A DNA stretch of 64,000 nt, taken from NCBI GenBank assembly GCA_029547225.1, contig JAKPPS010000018.1, positions 10,288 through 74,287 of the forward strand. The letters run 5' to 3'. The DNA is from a bacterium. GTDB taxonomy: Bacteria; Patescibacteriota; Dojkabacteria; SC72; WJKH01. Positions 36,409-45,530 of the stretch are shown here, piece after piece. A model generated the notes under the pieces. The model did no database searches and was not told the DNA's origin. It was given only the letters and a program-made list of their open reading frames with translations. Positions within the stretch are counted from its first letter, which is position 1. Every line of letters starts with the position of its first letter. The position numbers were made by a program, and so were the translations under genes.

Positions 36409-37047
36409 ATGTCAAACGAGCAAAATAATAATTTGTCCGTAGTAGTTACCGAAAAGAAAAAAATGAGTAAAGGAGTCAAGATTCTCTTGATTATCCTTGC
36501 TATATTAGTCTTTTTAGGTATTTGTGCTTTATCAATAATCCTGCTTACAGCAAAAGGTATTTCCAATGTCGCCAAAGATTTTAATGAGCAACAGCAAGAA
36601 GAAGAAGCAAAAACTGAAGAAAAATTTAATAATCCTAAGTCTTTAGGTGAAAAAGTAAATGTTAAAAATGTTGAATGGACTGTGCTTGAGGCAACTAATC
36701 TTGGGAGCACAATTCCTTCATCTTATAGCTATGGAGATGATTGTATTGCAAATTCTGGTACATTTGTGAAGATAAAAGTTAGTATAAAAAATAATTCTAG
36801 CGAAATGGTGTCAGTAAGTTATCTTTATTTATATGATGATAAGAACCGGGAATTTATAACTAGTTCGGATATATTTGGATGTGAAGATAGTGCAAATCTG
36901 CTAATTTTAGAAAATATTAATCCAGGTATTGAAAAGACATTTACAAATATATATGAAGTTCCAACTGATTCACAAAATCTTCGAGTTAAAGTAGGTGATA
37001 CGGAACTTTTCTCGGATGAATATGAATATGTTTCATTGGGGTTTTAG
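36409..37047 (+). CDS. Membrane-anchored extracytoplasmic protein (DUF4352-like, tentative)
   Basis: 212 aa with an N-terminal TM and a beta-rich domain (GTFVKIKVSIKNNS ... YEVPTDSQNLRVKVGD). Confidence 0.5.
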   Translation: MSNEQNNNLSVVVTEKKKMSKGVKILLIILAILVFLGICALSIILLTAKGISNVAKDFNEQQQEEEAKTEEKFNNPKSLGEKVNVKNVEWTVLEATNLGSTIPSSYSYGDDCIANSGTFVKIKVSIKNNSSEMVSVSYLYLYDDKNREFITSSDIFGCEDSANLLILENINPGIEKTFTNIYEVPTDSQNLRVKVGDTELFSDEYEYVSLGF

Positions 37048-38102
37048 GACAGTAATAAAACTCTAATGAACTGAAAACATAAAAATGGATTAGTTTTTAT
37101 AGCTTGCCTTCGTAACTTTTTCTTGCGGAAAAAGAGATAGATCACCAATAGAAACACTAGTAATCCTAATAATATGATACCAAGTAGAAATGCGAAGTCA
37201 TTTGGCGAATTATTCCCGATATATTTGCCTGCAAAATATGCGATAGCGACATAACCAAGCTCATAAATAAGTGCAAATGAGGACAGAGCAGTAGATCTGT
37301 TTTTTGAACTGATGTTCTTATTGAGTATTATGCTCCGAATATTGCTGAATGTTGAGGAATTCGAGATTCTTAGAACAATTAGCGAAGCACCGATAACAGG
37401 GCTTACAAATTTAGCAAGAAGAAATGAGATTAATAATGCCGATGTTGCAGATACAACAATTGATAATGTTTTGAATTTCTTTAAAAATAATGGAAAAACA
37501 TAGGATAGACCTACAGATACGATATAACCACAAGTAAAGATTAGTCCAACTTGTGTACCTGATAATCCGTATTGATTGCCTTGTGAAATCCCGAGTAGTT
37601 CTGAAGCAGTATAGTAACCTATCGTAATTATTGCCAAAATGATAGTAACAATTGACACGTTAAATTTGGAAAAGAGCTCGTTAAATCCTTCAATATTCTG
37701 TTTCAAATAATTCTTAACAGTTACTTTTACAGAATCTACACTGGGCTCTTTTGCATAAACAATGAACAGAATTATTATAATAAAATAAAGTAACGCAAGT
37801 ACTAAGTAAGGTAATCCAAACCATATATCATACAAAATTCCTCCTAATACTCCCGCAAGTATGTATCCGATCCATGATACTGTTACCAAATTAGCACTTA
37901 TCGTTGGATATAAATCTTCTTTTCCATTATCTTTTAATGAGTCGTATGTTAACGCTTCGAAAGAACCTGAGTACAATGCTTTTGCTGCTCCCTTGATAAC
38001 TTCTAATACGGCAAAGAATATAAAAGTGCTTCCAAATGGCATTAGTACCAATAACAGGGTATGGCTTTTAAATATAAAATTTAGTAATTTATTCTTCCTC
38101 AA
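37044..38102 (-). CDS. MFS-type transporter, possibly N-terminally truncated
   Basis: 352 aa, ~9-10 TM helices. The region where the TM2-3 MFS signature would sit is absent. The start overlaps the upstream gene. Confidence 0.55.
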   Translation of the reverse strand: MRKNKLLNFIFKSHTLLLVLMPFGSTFIFFAVLEVIKGAAKALYSGSFEALTYDSLKDNGKEDLYPTISANLVTVSWIGYILAGVLGGILYDIWFGLPYLVLALLYFIIIILFIVYAKEPSVDSVKVTVKNYLKQNIEGFNELFSKFNVSIVTIILAIITIGYYTASELLGISQGNQYGLSGTQVGLIFTCGYIVSVGLSYVFPLFLKKFKTLSIVVSATSALLISFLLAKFVSPVIGASLIVLRISNSSTFSNIRSIILNKNISSKNRSTALSSFALIYELGYVAIAYFAGKYIGNNSPNDFAFLLGIILLGLLVFLLVIYLFFRKKKLRRQAIKTNPFLCFQFIRVLLLS

Positions 38103-38331
38103 TCTTGGCTAGTCTATCGTAATAATCTGCAAGTTCGTTAAGGTGTGCTAATGCAATTTTACCAGTAATGATTAGATCATCATTTGTAACATTTGTATTT
38201 GGATCGATTGTACCGTGTTCTAATTCTACAGTCATTCCTTTTCTAAATTGCTCAAGGTCAATCTTATTCCAATCGACTCCGATTTGATCTCCTATTTGCT
38301 TAGCTTGTTCTGTTGTAATAACGTTTTGCAT
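38089..38331 (-). CDS. Small conserved hypothetical protein
   Basis: 80 aa. MTVELEHG motif. Confidence 0.45.
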   Translation of the reverse strand: MQNVITTEQAKQIGDQIGVDWNKIDLEQFRKGMTVELEHGTIDPNTNVTNDDLIITGKIALAHLNELADYYDRLAKIEEE

Positions 38332-38411
38332 AGGTTTAATAAATAAAATTATTAATGTCGAAATATTATATCAATAATATATATTTTATGGAAACTGAAA
38401 AAATGAGTATT

Positions 38412-39272
38412 TTAGAATAAGCCAATTATTATGATACCGGTAAAGGCAATTATTGCACAAATGAGCTTTTTCAATAAATTACTTTTATCTTTTAGAATTA
38501 ATATTTCAAGGATGATAACAAAGAATATATTTGTATTATTTATTGCATCAGTTATACCTACGTTTGCACCATTCTTGTAAGCAAAAAATGTGAAAATATT
38601 GAAAGCAGATCCAAATATTGCTGATGAAACCATCGGATAAAAGTTTTTAATTGCTAGAGCTTTACTTTCTGAAGTAACAGTTTTGAAACTGATAAGCAAA
38701 GATACAATAGCAACGCCCAAACACATCAAGCCTAAATACATAAATGGTGACATGTTTGAAACTATCGACTTGTCAAGTGTATATGCAACTCCATAACAAA
38801 TACCACCTGCGATAGCCAGAAAATTGTATTTATTAAATTTCTCTTTATTGTTTATATTGAGAATAAATATCGCGGATATTATTAGAATTATGCCGATAAT
38901 TTTTGCAATGCTCCAAGTTTCATTCAAAAACATCGTTCCTAATGTACTACTTATGATAACTGAAATAGTCCCTAGGATTATTGATATGCTTGGACTGTTA
39001 CCTTTGTAACTAGAATAGAATAAAGTCCCTCCTGCAAAATATACAAAACTTATCAGTATTAATTTAATTATTGAACCTTGTGAAATATCGATTGAGAACT
39101 GCCCAACGATTAATGCTATTGATAATCCAATTATTCCCTGAAATGTCCAAACAAAGAAGTTGTTTGTTATAGCTGAGATATTAACTTTTTGAGTTAGTGA
39201 TATTTTCTGAGATATCTCCGTACCTGCAAGAACAAGGACTGAAAGTAGTGAGAATATTAACCATATTTCCAT
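38412..39272 (-). CDS. EamA/DMT-family transporter
   Basis: 286 aa, 10 TM helices with a two-fold repeat organisation. Confidence 0.7.
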   Translation of the reverse strand: MEIWLIFSLLSVLVLAGTEISQKISLTQKVNISAITNNFFVWTFQGIIGLSIALIVGQFSIDISQGSIIKLILISFVYFAGGTLFYSSYKGNSPSISIILGTISVIISSTLGTMFLNETWSIAKIIGIILIISAIFILNINNKEKFNKYNFLAIAGGICYGVAYTLDKSIVSNMSPFMYLGLMCLGVAIVSLLISFKTVTSESKALAIKNFYPMVSSAIFGSAFNIFTFFAYKNGANVGITDAINNTNIFFVIILEILILKDKSNLLKKLICAIIAFTGIIIIGLF

Positions 39273-39381
39273 TATCGTGGATTATAGCCTTTCAATCAAA
39301 TATTGACAAGCGTATATAATAGGGAAAAAGATATCATAAGACATTTTGGAAACGTAGAGGAATAATAGGCCGAAATAAATA

Positions 39382-39455
39382 CGGAGTGGACGGGGGTCGA
39401 ACCCGCGACCTACGCAGTGACAGTGCGTTATTCTAACCAACTGAACTACCACTCC
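39382..39455 (-). tRNA. tRNA-Asp (anticodon GUC)
   Basis: The reverse complement folds as acceptor GGAGTGG/CCACTCC, anticodon stem ACGCA/TGCGT, loop CTGTCAC, T-arm GCGGG-TTCGACC-CCCGT. Confidence 0.9.
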
Positions 39456-39709
39456 ATAAAAGAACGTGTCTTCGAGAACATTCCGTAAGTATAGCAAACA
39501 TTCGGAAATTTTACAAACACAGTTTACATTATTTCTCGTGAAGATATTCTCCTAATCCGATTTTCCATTTCTTATTAAATTTAATAATTTTGTTACTTTT
39601 TTGGGGTTTTCTCGTATATATATACTATCGGCGGAAGAAATGTAAACATTTATTAATTAATATGCTTACTAAACTACGCTTTCTAATTTAATATGTAAAT
39701 AGAAAATTT

Positions 39710-40867
39710 ATGCGTCCGGAATAATTAAGATCATTATTTATTAGGTTTGGGCTTTCTTTTGCTATCCTTGCTGGATTAGTTGCATGTACTCCGAAAGGTC
39801 CTAGTGGACCGAATGGACCTTCACCAGAAGTTGCTGCTACGATAATAGCTGCAACATTACCCGCTTCCCCAGAAGGTATTTCTGATGCAAATATTCAACA
39901 ATTTTGTGATAAATCAGGATTGATGATTAAAACATTTCTAGGCGAAGATGTTAGTATTATGTGTGACAATATTGTGGCACAAGGAGGTAATACACCTCCA
40001 TGTAATAATGCATATGCTACTTATTACCCAGATTCTGGGAAAATTCTTGTATGTCCAGATTCGATCATTGCTGATGCTGAAAGAAGAGGAAATTCTGTTG
40101 AGCAATCATTCCTCAAAAATATTTCTCATGAATTAGAACATGGAGGGTTTTCACCTGATCTGTCTCCGGATAATATCGAACTCACACAGATTGATGAGGA
40201 CAGTTACTTTTTTATTGCGGATAGTGAAATAGGAGGCTATCGCGTGTCTCATATTTATCTTGTTTATAAAGCTTATGATCCAGTATTACAGAGAGAAGTA
40301 CCAGTTATTACTGAAGCAACATATAATTTTGAGTTCTTTACACAATTAATAAATTATGCCGTAAATATCGGTTTAGATCCTAACACTTTGGAAATTCGCG
40401 ATCCTTCTTCAATCACGATCGAGAAAATTAAAGCATTAATTACATATGATGGATATTTACACTGTAGCTCATTCTCGGACCTTGAGCAAGAAGCTCAATT
40501 GGATATGAATGCTCGTATTATTAAAGCGATAATTGAGAATAGGTATTATTCAGAGAATGCTCAAGATTCGTATGCGTATAGAATTTTAAATGGTATTAGA
40601 GATGGAAATTATTCAGAAGTATTTAAATTGTATATTGATATTATTAATTCAGTAAGCAACCAAGAAGAGGATAGCTCTATCTCAGAGTGGGTAGCTTTAT
40701 TAGGTCCGGGATCAACATTCTGTAATTATTCCGAAGATGAACTAAATAATATTCCTCCATGTTTAAGATTTGCAATTGTACTCGAGGGAGATAGTTTCGA
40801 ACAAATTCTTGCTGAAGATTTTGATCTTCATAATAAGATTTTTAATTATTGTGGCTACCAACCTTAA
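39710..40867 (+). pseudogene. Lipoprotein gene with in-frame TAA at codon 5 of its signal peptide
   Basis: In one frame: ATG(39710) MRPE, TAA(39722-39724), then LRSLFIRFGLSFAILAGLVAC (lipobox LVAC, Cys codon at 39785), continuing without a stop into the 315-aa ORF called from 39920. There is no canonical start between the TAA and the lipobox. Confidence 0.6.
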
Positions 40868-42030
40868 TACCCTAAAATAAAAATCTCTTCGGATGCACGG
40901 GTAACAGCAGTATAGAGCCATCGACGCCACATATCGTCATCCATCTGTTTGAAACGCTCTTCGAGAAGTATCACCCGAGGGGCTTGACTACCTTGAGCTT
41001 TATGAACAGTAAGAGCGTATCCAAAATCAAAAAGGTCAAATTCCTTACCGATAATTCTCCTGTCAGAAAAATTATTAGGTACGGTGTTATGGAATTGGTC
41101 TGCTAAAATTTTACCATCATATATCATTTCTTCATCAGCAAATTCGATTGAGACTTGGTAGTATTTCTCGTATTCGTTAATACTTTTAATTTTGCCGATC
41201 ATACCATTGTAAATTTGTTTGGTGTGGTTATTTCGTAAACAGATCACCCTGTCGTTGTAGGCGGGTTTATCAGATTCGTAACCTCGTTCAAGGCGAATGT
41301 GTTTGTTTATATTTACCCGGGTATTGTTATAACCGCACAGAATTAATGTTTCATCGTTAAAACCGCTTAATAGGTCACCTAATATTGTTTGACTATCGTC
41401 AGAGTGTCTATCATATTTTATTGCTCGGTCACCATATCTGCCAATAGGTATCTGTCCCTCTTGACGGGCCAACATAGACATATGAATGATTGGATTGTTT
41501 TCTGACTGACGGTGGATCTGTTCTAGTTTAAGTATAGGGGATTGCATGAGATTAAAACTGCCGTTTATTGGTGGTAATTGGCCATGATCTCCAATTGCGA
41601 TAATCGGGACATTGTAGTTTTTTAAGTCATTCCAAATGTTTTCGTCAATCATTGAGGCTTCATCAAGAATAATCAAACCAGTTTTTAACTCATTTTTCCT
41701 TTTCCAACCAACGATATTTTCTCTATCATCTACTATTGGAGAGTAAATCATTCCGTGGATTGTTGAAAGTGTATCATTGGGAAATATTGATTTATTTCTA
41801 CTCAATGAGCTTTGTAACACTCTAGTAGCTTTACCAGTATATGCGCAAAATGAAACCTTGAGATTAGGCATCATTTTATGCAATTCTTTGCGAAGCTGGC
41901 TTGCTAAAGTTGTTTTGCCGGTACCTGCATAACCACCAACTGTGATATATTGATCTCTTTTTTCGTCAAATGTCCAGGCTAACAATGTTTTTAAAACATT
42001 TTGCTGATCTTTTGATAATGAAATTTCCAA
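40864..42030 (-). CDS. Compact SF1B (RecD/Dda-like) DNA helicase
   Basis: 388 aa. GGYAGTGKTTL, LIILDEASMI, IGDHGQLPP, IHRQ, ALTVHKAQGSQ, YTAVTRA. Confidence 0.8.
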   Translation of the reverse strand: MEISLSKDQQNVLKTLLAWTFDEKRDQYITVGGYAGTGKTTLASQLRKELHKMMPNLKVSFCAYTGKATRVLQSSLSRNKSIFPNDTLSTIHGMIYSPIVDDRENIVGWKRKNELKTGLIILDEASMIDENIWNDLKNYNVPIIAIGDHGQLPPINGSFNLMQSPILKLEQIHRQSENNPIIHMSMLARQEGQIPIGRYGDRAIKYDRHSDDSQTILGDLLSGFNDETLILCGYNNTRVNINKHIRLERGYESDKPAYNDRVICLRNNHTKQIYNGMIGKIKSINEYEKYYQVSIEFADEEMIYDGKILADQFHNTVPNNFSDRRIIGKEFDLFDFGYALTVHKAQGSQAPRVILLEERFKQMDDDMWRRWLYTAVTRASEEIFILGY

Positions 42031-42135
42031 TGGAGTAATTCTAATCTTATTATTTGCATTGTAACAATATTCATATGTATATGAGTCGAAATATGTGTAG
42101 GAAAAACTATAACAAATGTTACATCACATTGTAAC

Positions 42136-42162
42136 AAAAAAAAGGGGCTAAAAGATAGCCCC
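42136..42162 (-). terminator. Rho-independent terminator downstream of trxA
   Basis: On the minus strand, stem GGGGCTA/TAGCCCC with a 5-nt loop, followed by T8. Confidence 0.75.
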
Positions 42163-42183
42163 TTGATTCGTGATAATAGAAAA

Positions 42184-42504
42184 TTACAACTGCTTATTTA
42201 TTGCATCTATATAATCTTGTTTTGGTCTGATACCTACAAGAGTATCTACAATCTGTCCGTCCTTAAATACAACAACATATGGGATACTTGAAACGTTGTA
42301 CTTCGTAGCAGTATTTACATTCTCATCAACATTTAATTTACCGACTTTGGCTTTATCACCGATTTCGTTTGCCACTTCCTCTATTACCGGACCGAGCATC
42401 TGACATGGCATACACCATGGTGCCCACATATCAACTAAAGCAACGCCCTTGAATGATTCGATCTCCGAAGCAAAGTTATTATCATCTAATACTAAATGTG
42501 CCAT
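42184..42504 (-). CDS. trxA: Thioredoxin
   Basis: 106 aa. The active site is WAPWCMPCQ (CMPC instead of the usual CGPC) in a typical thioredoxin fold pattern. Confidence 0.9.
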   Translation of the reverse strand: MAHLVLDDNNFASEIESFKGVALVDMWAPWCMPCQMLGPVIEEVANEIGDKAKVGKLNVDENVNTATKYNVSSIPYVVVFKDGQIVDTLVGIRPKQDYIDAINKQL

Positions 42505-42515
42505 ACGATTATGAA

Positions 42516-42746
42516 TTACATTTTAAATAGTTTTGTAAGGTACTTTTTCATCATATCCTGCCTATTACGAGCGCTACAGGTATAACTAGCATCAACTAAT
42601 ATTTCTGTTGCTAACGATGATAGGGCAGATCTTGCTGCTATTATTTGTTGGACTATGTCGTCGCAACTTCTGTTATTATCTATCATTTTTTCAATACCGG
42701 TAACCTGGCCAGATATTTTTTTGATTCTTTTTGAATATGTACTCAT
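42516..42746 (-). CDS. CsoR/RcnR/FrmR-family (DUF156) transcriptional repressor, two-Cys type
   Basis: 76 aa. KISGQVTGIEKMI and RSCDDIVQQIIAARSAL. Cys28 and Cys57 are 29 residues apart, as I recall for the CsoR Cys pair, but the His position (C-4) is Ala. Confidence 0.8.
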   Translation of the reverse strand: MSTYSKRIKKISGQVTGIEKMIDNNRSCDDIVQQIIAARSALSSLATEILVDASYTCSARNRQDMMKKYLTKLFKM

Positions 42747-42764
42747 ACTATACTAGAGTATAGT
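42747..42764. promoter_or_regulatory. 18-bp palindromic operator candidate overlapping the csoR-like promoter
   Basis: ACTATACT-AG-AGTATAGT (8+2+8 perfect inverted repeat), immediately upstream of the ATG. A second ATACT-N7-AGTAT lies at 42791-42807. Confidence 0.6.
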
Positions 42765-42785
42765 ACATGCTTCTGAAACTGTCAA
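42757..42785 (-). promoter_or_regulatory. Sigma70-type promoter of the csoR-like/trxA operon
   Basis: On the minus strand: TTGACA - 17 nt - TATACT - 10 nt - ATG. The -10 box lies inside the palindrome. Confidence 0.6.
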
Positions 42786-42873
42786 GTTTTATACTACACA
42801 GGAGTATATTATTCTTACAATAAGCGATAATTAATTAATACAATGTGTAAAACGCTAATTTTACAATTAACGA

Positions 42874-42926
42874 ATGGATTGTAATGGTAAGTTATGCCTG
42901 CTCTGTACAGTGGTTGGTTATATAAA
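42874..42926 (+). promoter_or_regulatory. Composite promoter-like motif, copy B
   Basis: ATGGATTGTAATGGT - 26 nt - TGGTTATATAAA. Both boxes are identical to copy A. It lies 160 nt upstream of tsaC-tsaE. Confidence 0.45.
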
Positions 42927-43071
42927 TATTTATATGTAAAACATTTTTTACGGTTTTTGCTACTTTTATACGATTATTACTATATTTATTCTGTTTTTAT
43001 TTGTGAGTATTTATTATTTTGTCATATTGTAGGTTTTGTTAATGATTCTATTAATGATTATACTGGTTTTA

Positions 43072-43080
43072 TGATATAAT
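43072..43080 (+). promoter_or_regulatory. Extended -10 promoter (TGATATAAT), leaderless-type
   Basis: Ends 6 nt before the ATG at 43087. Confidence 0.5.
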
Positions 43081-43086
43081 ATCGGC

Positions 43087-44199
43087 ATGAAGATAGTTAC
43101 ATATAACGGTACAAATATTGATGAAATCGTAAAAGAAGCTGTAAAGGTGCTTTCTGGAGGCGGCTTGATTGTTTATCCTACTGAAACTTGTTATGGAGTA
43201 GGTGTTGATGCAACTAAACTAAATGCAGTTGAGAAGCTTTTTAAATATAAAGCAAGGCGAGAGGGTAAACCAATTTCAATTGCTGTTAGTGATATTGATA
43301 TGGCGAATAAATATGTTGATATAAATGATATTGCAAGAAGCATTTATGAAAATTATTTACCGGGACCGATTACAGTTGTCTCAAAAGGTTTAAATAAAGT
43401 TGCAAATGGCGTTCAATCTGAATATGGAACCTTAGGTGTGAGAATGCCTGATTTCAGCCTTATTCTTGATTTGGTCAGAACTTATGGTAAACCGATTACT
43501 GCAACTTCTGCAAATATGTCTTACAGGCCTCGTCCATACAGTATTAAACAGCTATTAAAAGATTTGCCTGATAAACAGGAAACTCTCATTGACTTGATTA
43601 TTGATGCGGGTGAGCTTCCTTATAGTGAACCTTCGACAGTTGTCGATACCACAATGAATAGTTTAAATATTATGCGTGAAGGAAAAAATCTATTAGGTCA
43701 GATTATCGGAGGCAAAGAGCCATTGTTATTTAGTAAAACAACAAGTCCTCAAGAAACGATCGATTTTGGAAGTATGAATATGTTGAGATTTAATGATGTC
43801 CCCCTTGAAAGGCCATTAGTGTTTTTACTTAGTGGAGATCTTGGAGCTGGCAAAACTCAATTTTCAAAGGGTATTGCGAGGCATCTTGGTATAAAAGATA
43901 TTATTAAGTCGCCTACATACAACATTGTTTCTGAATACAAGTATGTTCAAGGTGAAAGAGAAGGCTTATTTGTCCATACTGATACTTGGCGAGTTGAGAG
44001 TGAGAAGGATATACTTGCTTTGGATTATCAGAGATATATCGTTACAGGAAACATTATTGCTATCGAATGGGCTGATAAATATCTTAAAGATCTTATTGAT
44101 ATGATGCAAGGTAATAATGCTCGAATAGTCAATGTTATTTTCAAATATCTTACTGAAACTGAAAGGGAGATTGCGACTTATGATTATATTGGCGATTGA
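43087..44199 (+). CDS. Fused t6A biosynthesis protein: TsaC/Sua5-YrdC domain + TsaE P-loop domain
   Basis: 370 aa. N-terminal YrdC-like region (LIVYPTETCYGVGVDA ... TSAN) and C-terminal TsaE motifs (LSGDLGAGKTQFSKGIARHLGI, KSPTYNIV). Confidence 0.75.
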   Translation: MKIVTYNGTNIDEIVKEAVKVLSGGGLIVYPTETCYGVGVDATKLNAVEKLFKYKARREGKPISIAVSDIDMANKYVDINDIARSIYENYLPGPITVVSKGLNKVANGVQSEYGTLGVRMPDFSLILDLVRTYGKPITATSANMSYRPRPYSIKQLLKDLPDKQETLIDLIIDAGELPYSEPSTVVDTTMNSLNIMREGKNLLGQIIGGKEPLLFSKTTSPQETIDFGSMNMLRFNDVPLERPLVFLLSGDLGAGKTQFSKGIARHLGIKDIIKSPTYNIVSEYKYVQGEREGLFVHTDTWRVESEKDILALDYQRYIVTGNIIAIEWADKYLKDLIDMMQGNNARIVNVIFKYLTETEREIATYDYIGD

Positions 44200-45310
44200 T
44201 ACTAGTTGTGATGAAACATCTGTTGCAGTTTTAGATAATAGGCGAGTTTTGTCGTCCGTTGTTTCTTCACAGGTCGAATTGCACAAAAAATGGGGTGGAG
44301 TAGTACCTGATATTGCCCGCCGTGCTCATAAAGAAAATATCGGGAAAGTCTTTAAAGAAGCAGTTAAACGGGCAAAAATTCAAGAGAAAGATATCGATTA
44401 TGTTGCTGTAACAATCGGTCCTGGACTCGCAATAGCACTTGAAGTCGGTATAGATTTTGCAAAAGAATTATCAAGTCGTCTCAAAAAGCCTTTTGTGCCA
44501 GTTAATCATATGGCTGGCCATCTTTTTGCCTCAACGGCGATTAATCTTGCTGGTAAAAATCCTGCCGGGATAAAGGAAGATTTTGAAATATTCCCATTAA
44601 TTGCGCTACTTGTTTCCGGTAATCATACAGAAATTATTTATTCAAAAGCTTTCGGGGATTATGAAATAATGGGTGAAACTTTAGATGATGCTTGTGGCGA
44701 GGCTTTTGATAAAGTCGCGAGGATACTTGATCTTGGTTATCCGGGTGGTCCAACAATTACATTCCTTGCAGATCAATATGTTAAAGATGTAAAGAGTGGC
44801 AAGCTTAATGAATTAGTTGAAAAGCTTGATATGAATCTTCCTGTGCCAATGGAGAAATCGGGAGACCTAAACTTCAGTTTTTCAGGATTAAAAACCGCTT
44901 GCTTGTATAAGGTTAAAAATATCAAAGAAGAGGTAGAAAAAATTAATAAGATAGCAAAAGTAAAATTGAAACAATCGGATTGGGTCAAACGATTCTGTTA
45001 TATATTTATACAGGTTTCTATCAAGGCTTTGGAAATAAAACTTGTAAAGGCTATTAATATTAAACATGATGCTCATTCATTGGTTGTTGGTGGAGGTGTT
45101 ATAAATAATCATTATGTTGTTCGTCGTATGAGTCGGATAGCTAAAGAGAATGGTTTACTTTTTTTAGCTCCAGAAAAACGTTTCCGAAGTGATAATGCTG
45201 GTATGATCGGTTTGGCAGCTTATTATCAAGTTAAATATAGTATAAACATTGTCAATTACAATGATATCTCAGAGATGGATCGTATCCCTAACTTGAGATT
45301 GGATGCCTAA
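44180..45310 (+). CDS. tsaD: tRNA N6-adenosine threonylcarbamoyltransferase TsaD
   Basis: The ATG at 44180 (MIILAIDTSCDETSVAVL) is preferred. Motifs VNHMAGHL and GGVINN. Overlaps the upstream gene by 20 nt. Confidence 0.85.
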   Translation: MIILAIDTSCDETSVAVLDNRRVLSSVVSSQVELHKKWGGVVPDIARRAHKENIGKVFKEAVKRAKIQEKDIDYVAVTIGPGLAIALEVGIDFAKELSSRLKKPFVPVNHMAGHLFASTAINLAGKNPAGIKEDFEIFPLIALLVSGNHTEIIYSKAFGDYEIMGETLDDACGEAFDKVARILDLGYPGGPTITFLADQYVKDVKSGKLNELVEKLDMNLPVPMEKSGDLNFSFSGLKTACLYKVKNIKEEVEKINKIAKVKLKQSDWVKRFCYIFIQVSIKALEIKLVKAINIKHDAHSLVVGGGVINNHYVVRRMSRIAKENGLLFLAPEKRFRSDNAGMIGLAAYYQVKYSINIVNYNDISEMDRIPNLRLDA

Positions 45311-45378
45311 AGTTTTTTCCCCACCATTTTATCTATTTCAATGTTGTAAATTTTCTGCGTTGTGACAAGAGTTTATGC

Positions 45379-45408
45379 TTGACCCAGGGTGGTGTCTCAT
45401 AGTATAAT
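45379..45408 (+). promoter_or_regulatory. Near-consensus sigma70 promoter
   Basis: TTGACC - 18 nt - TATAAT, ~120 nt upstream of the 504-aa orphan gene. Confidence 0.6.
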
Positions 45409-45530
45409 TATGTGTGGTTTATTTCGTTCTAGGAATATTATTATGCGATTAAAGAGGTACAATAATTTGGACACTGGCTTTCGTTGGTAGCCAACTTTTA
45501 AGGACAGTTTTTCCAGGATGTGTTGAAGCT

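Noticed and set aside
42894-43079. A 61-aa ORF in the csoR-like/tsaC intergenic region.
   Set aside because: It is a T-rich, Phe/Leu/Tyr-dominated translation of promoter DNA, overlaps composite motif copy B, and has no start context.
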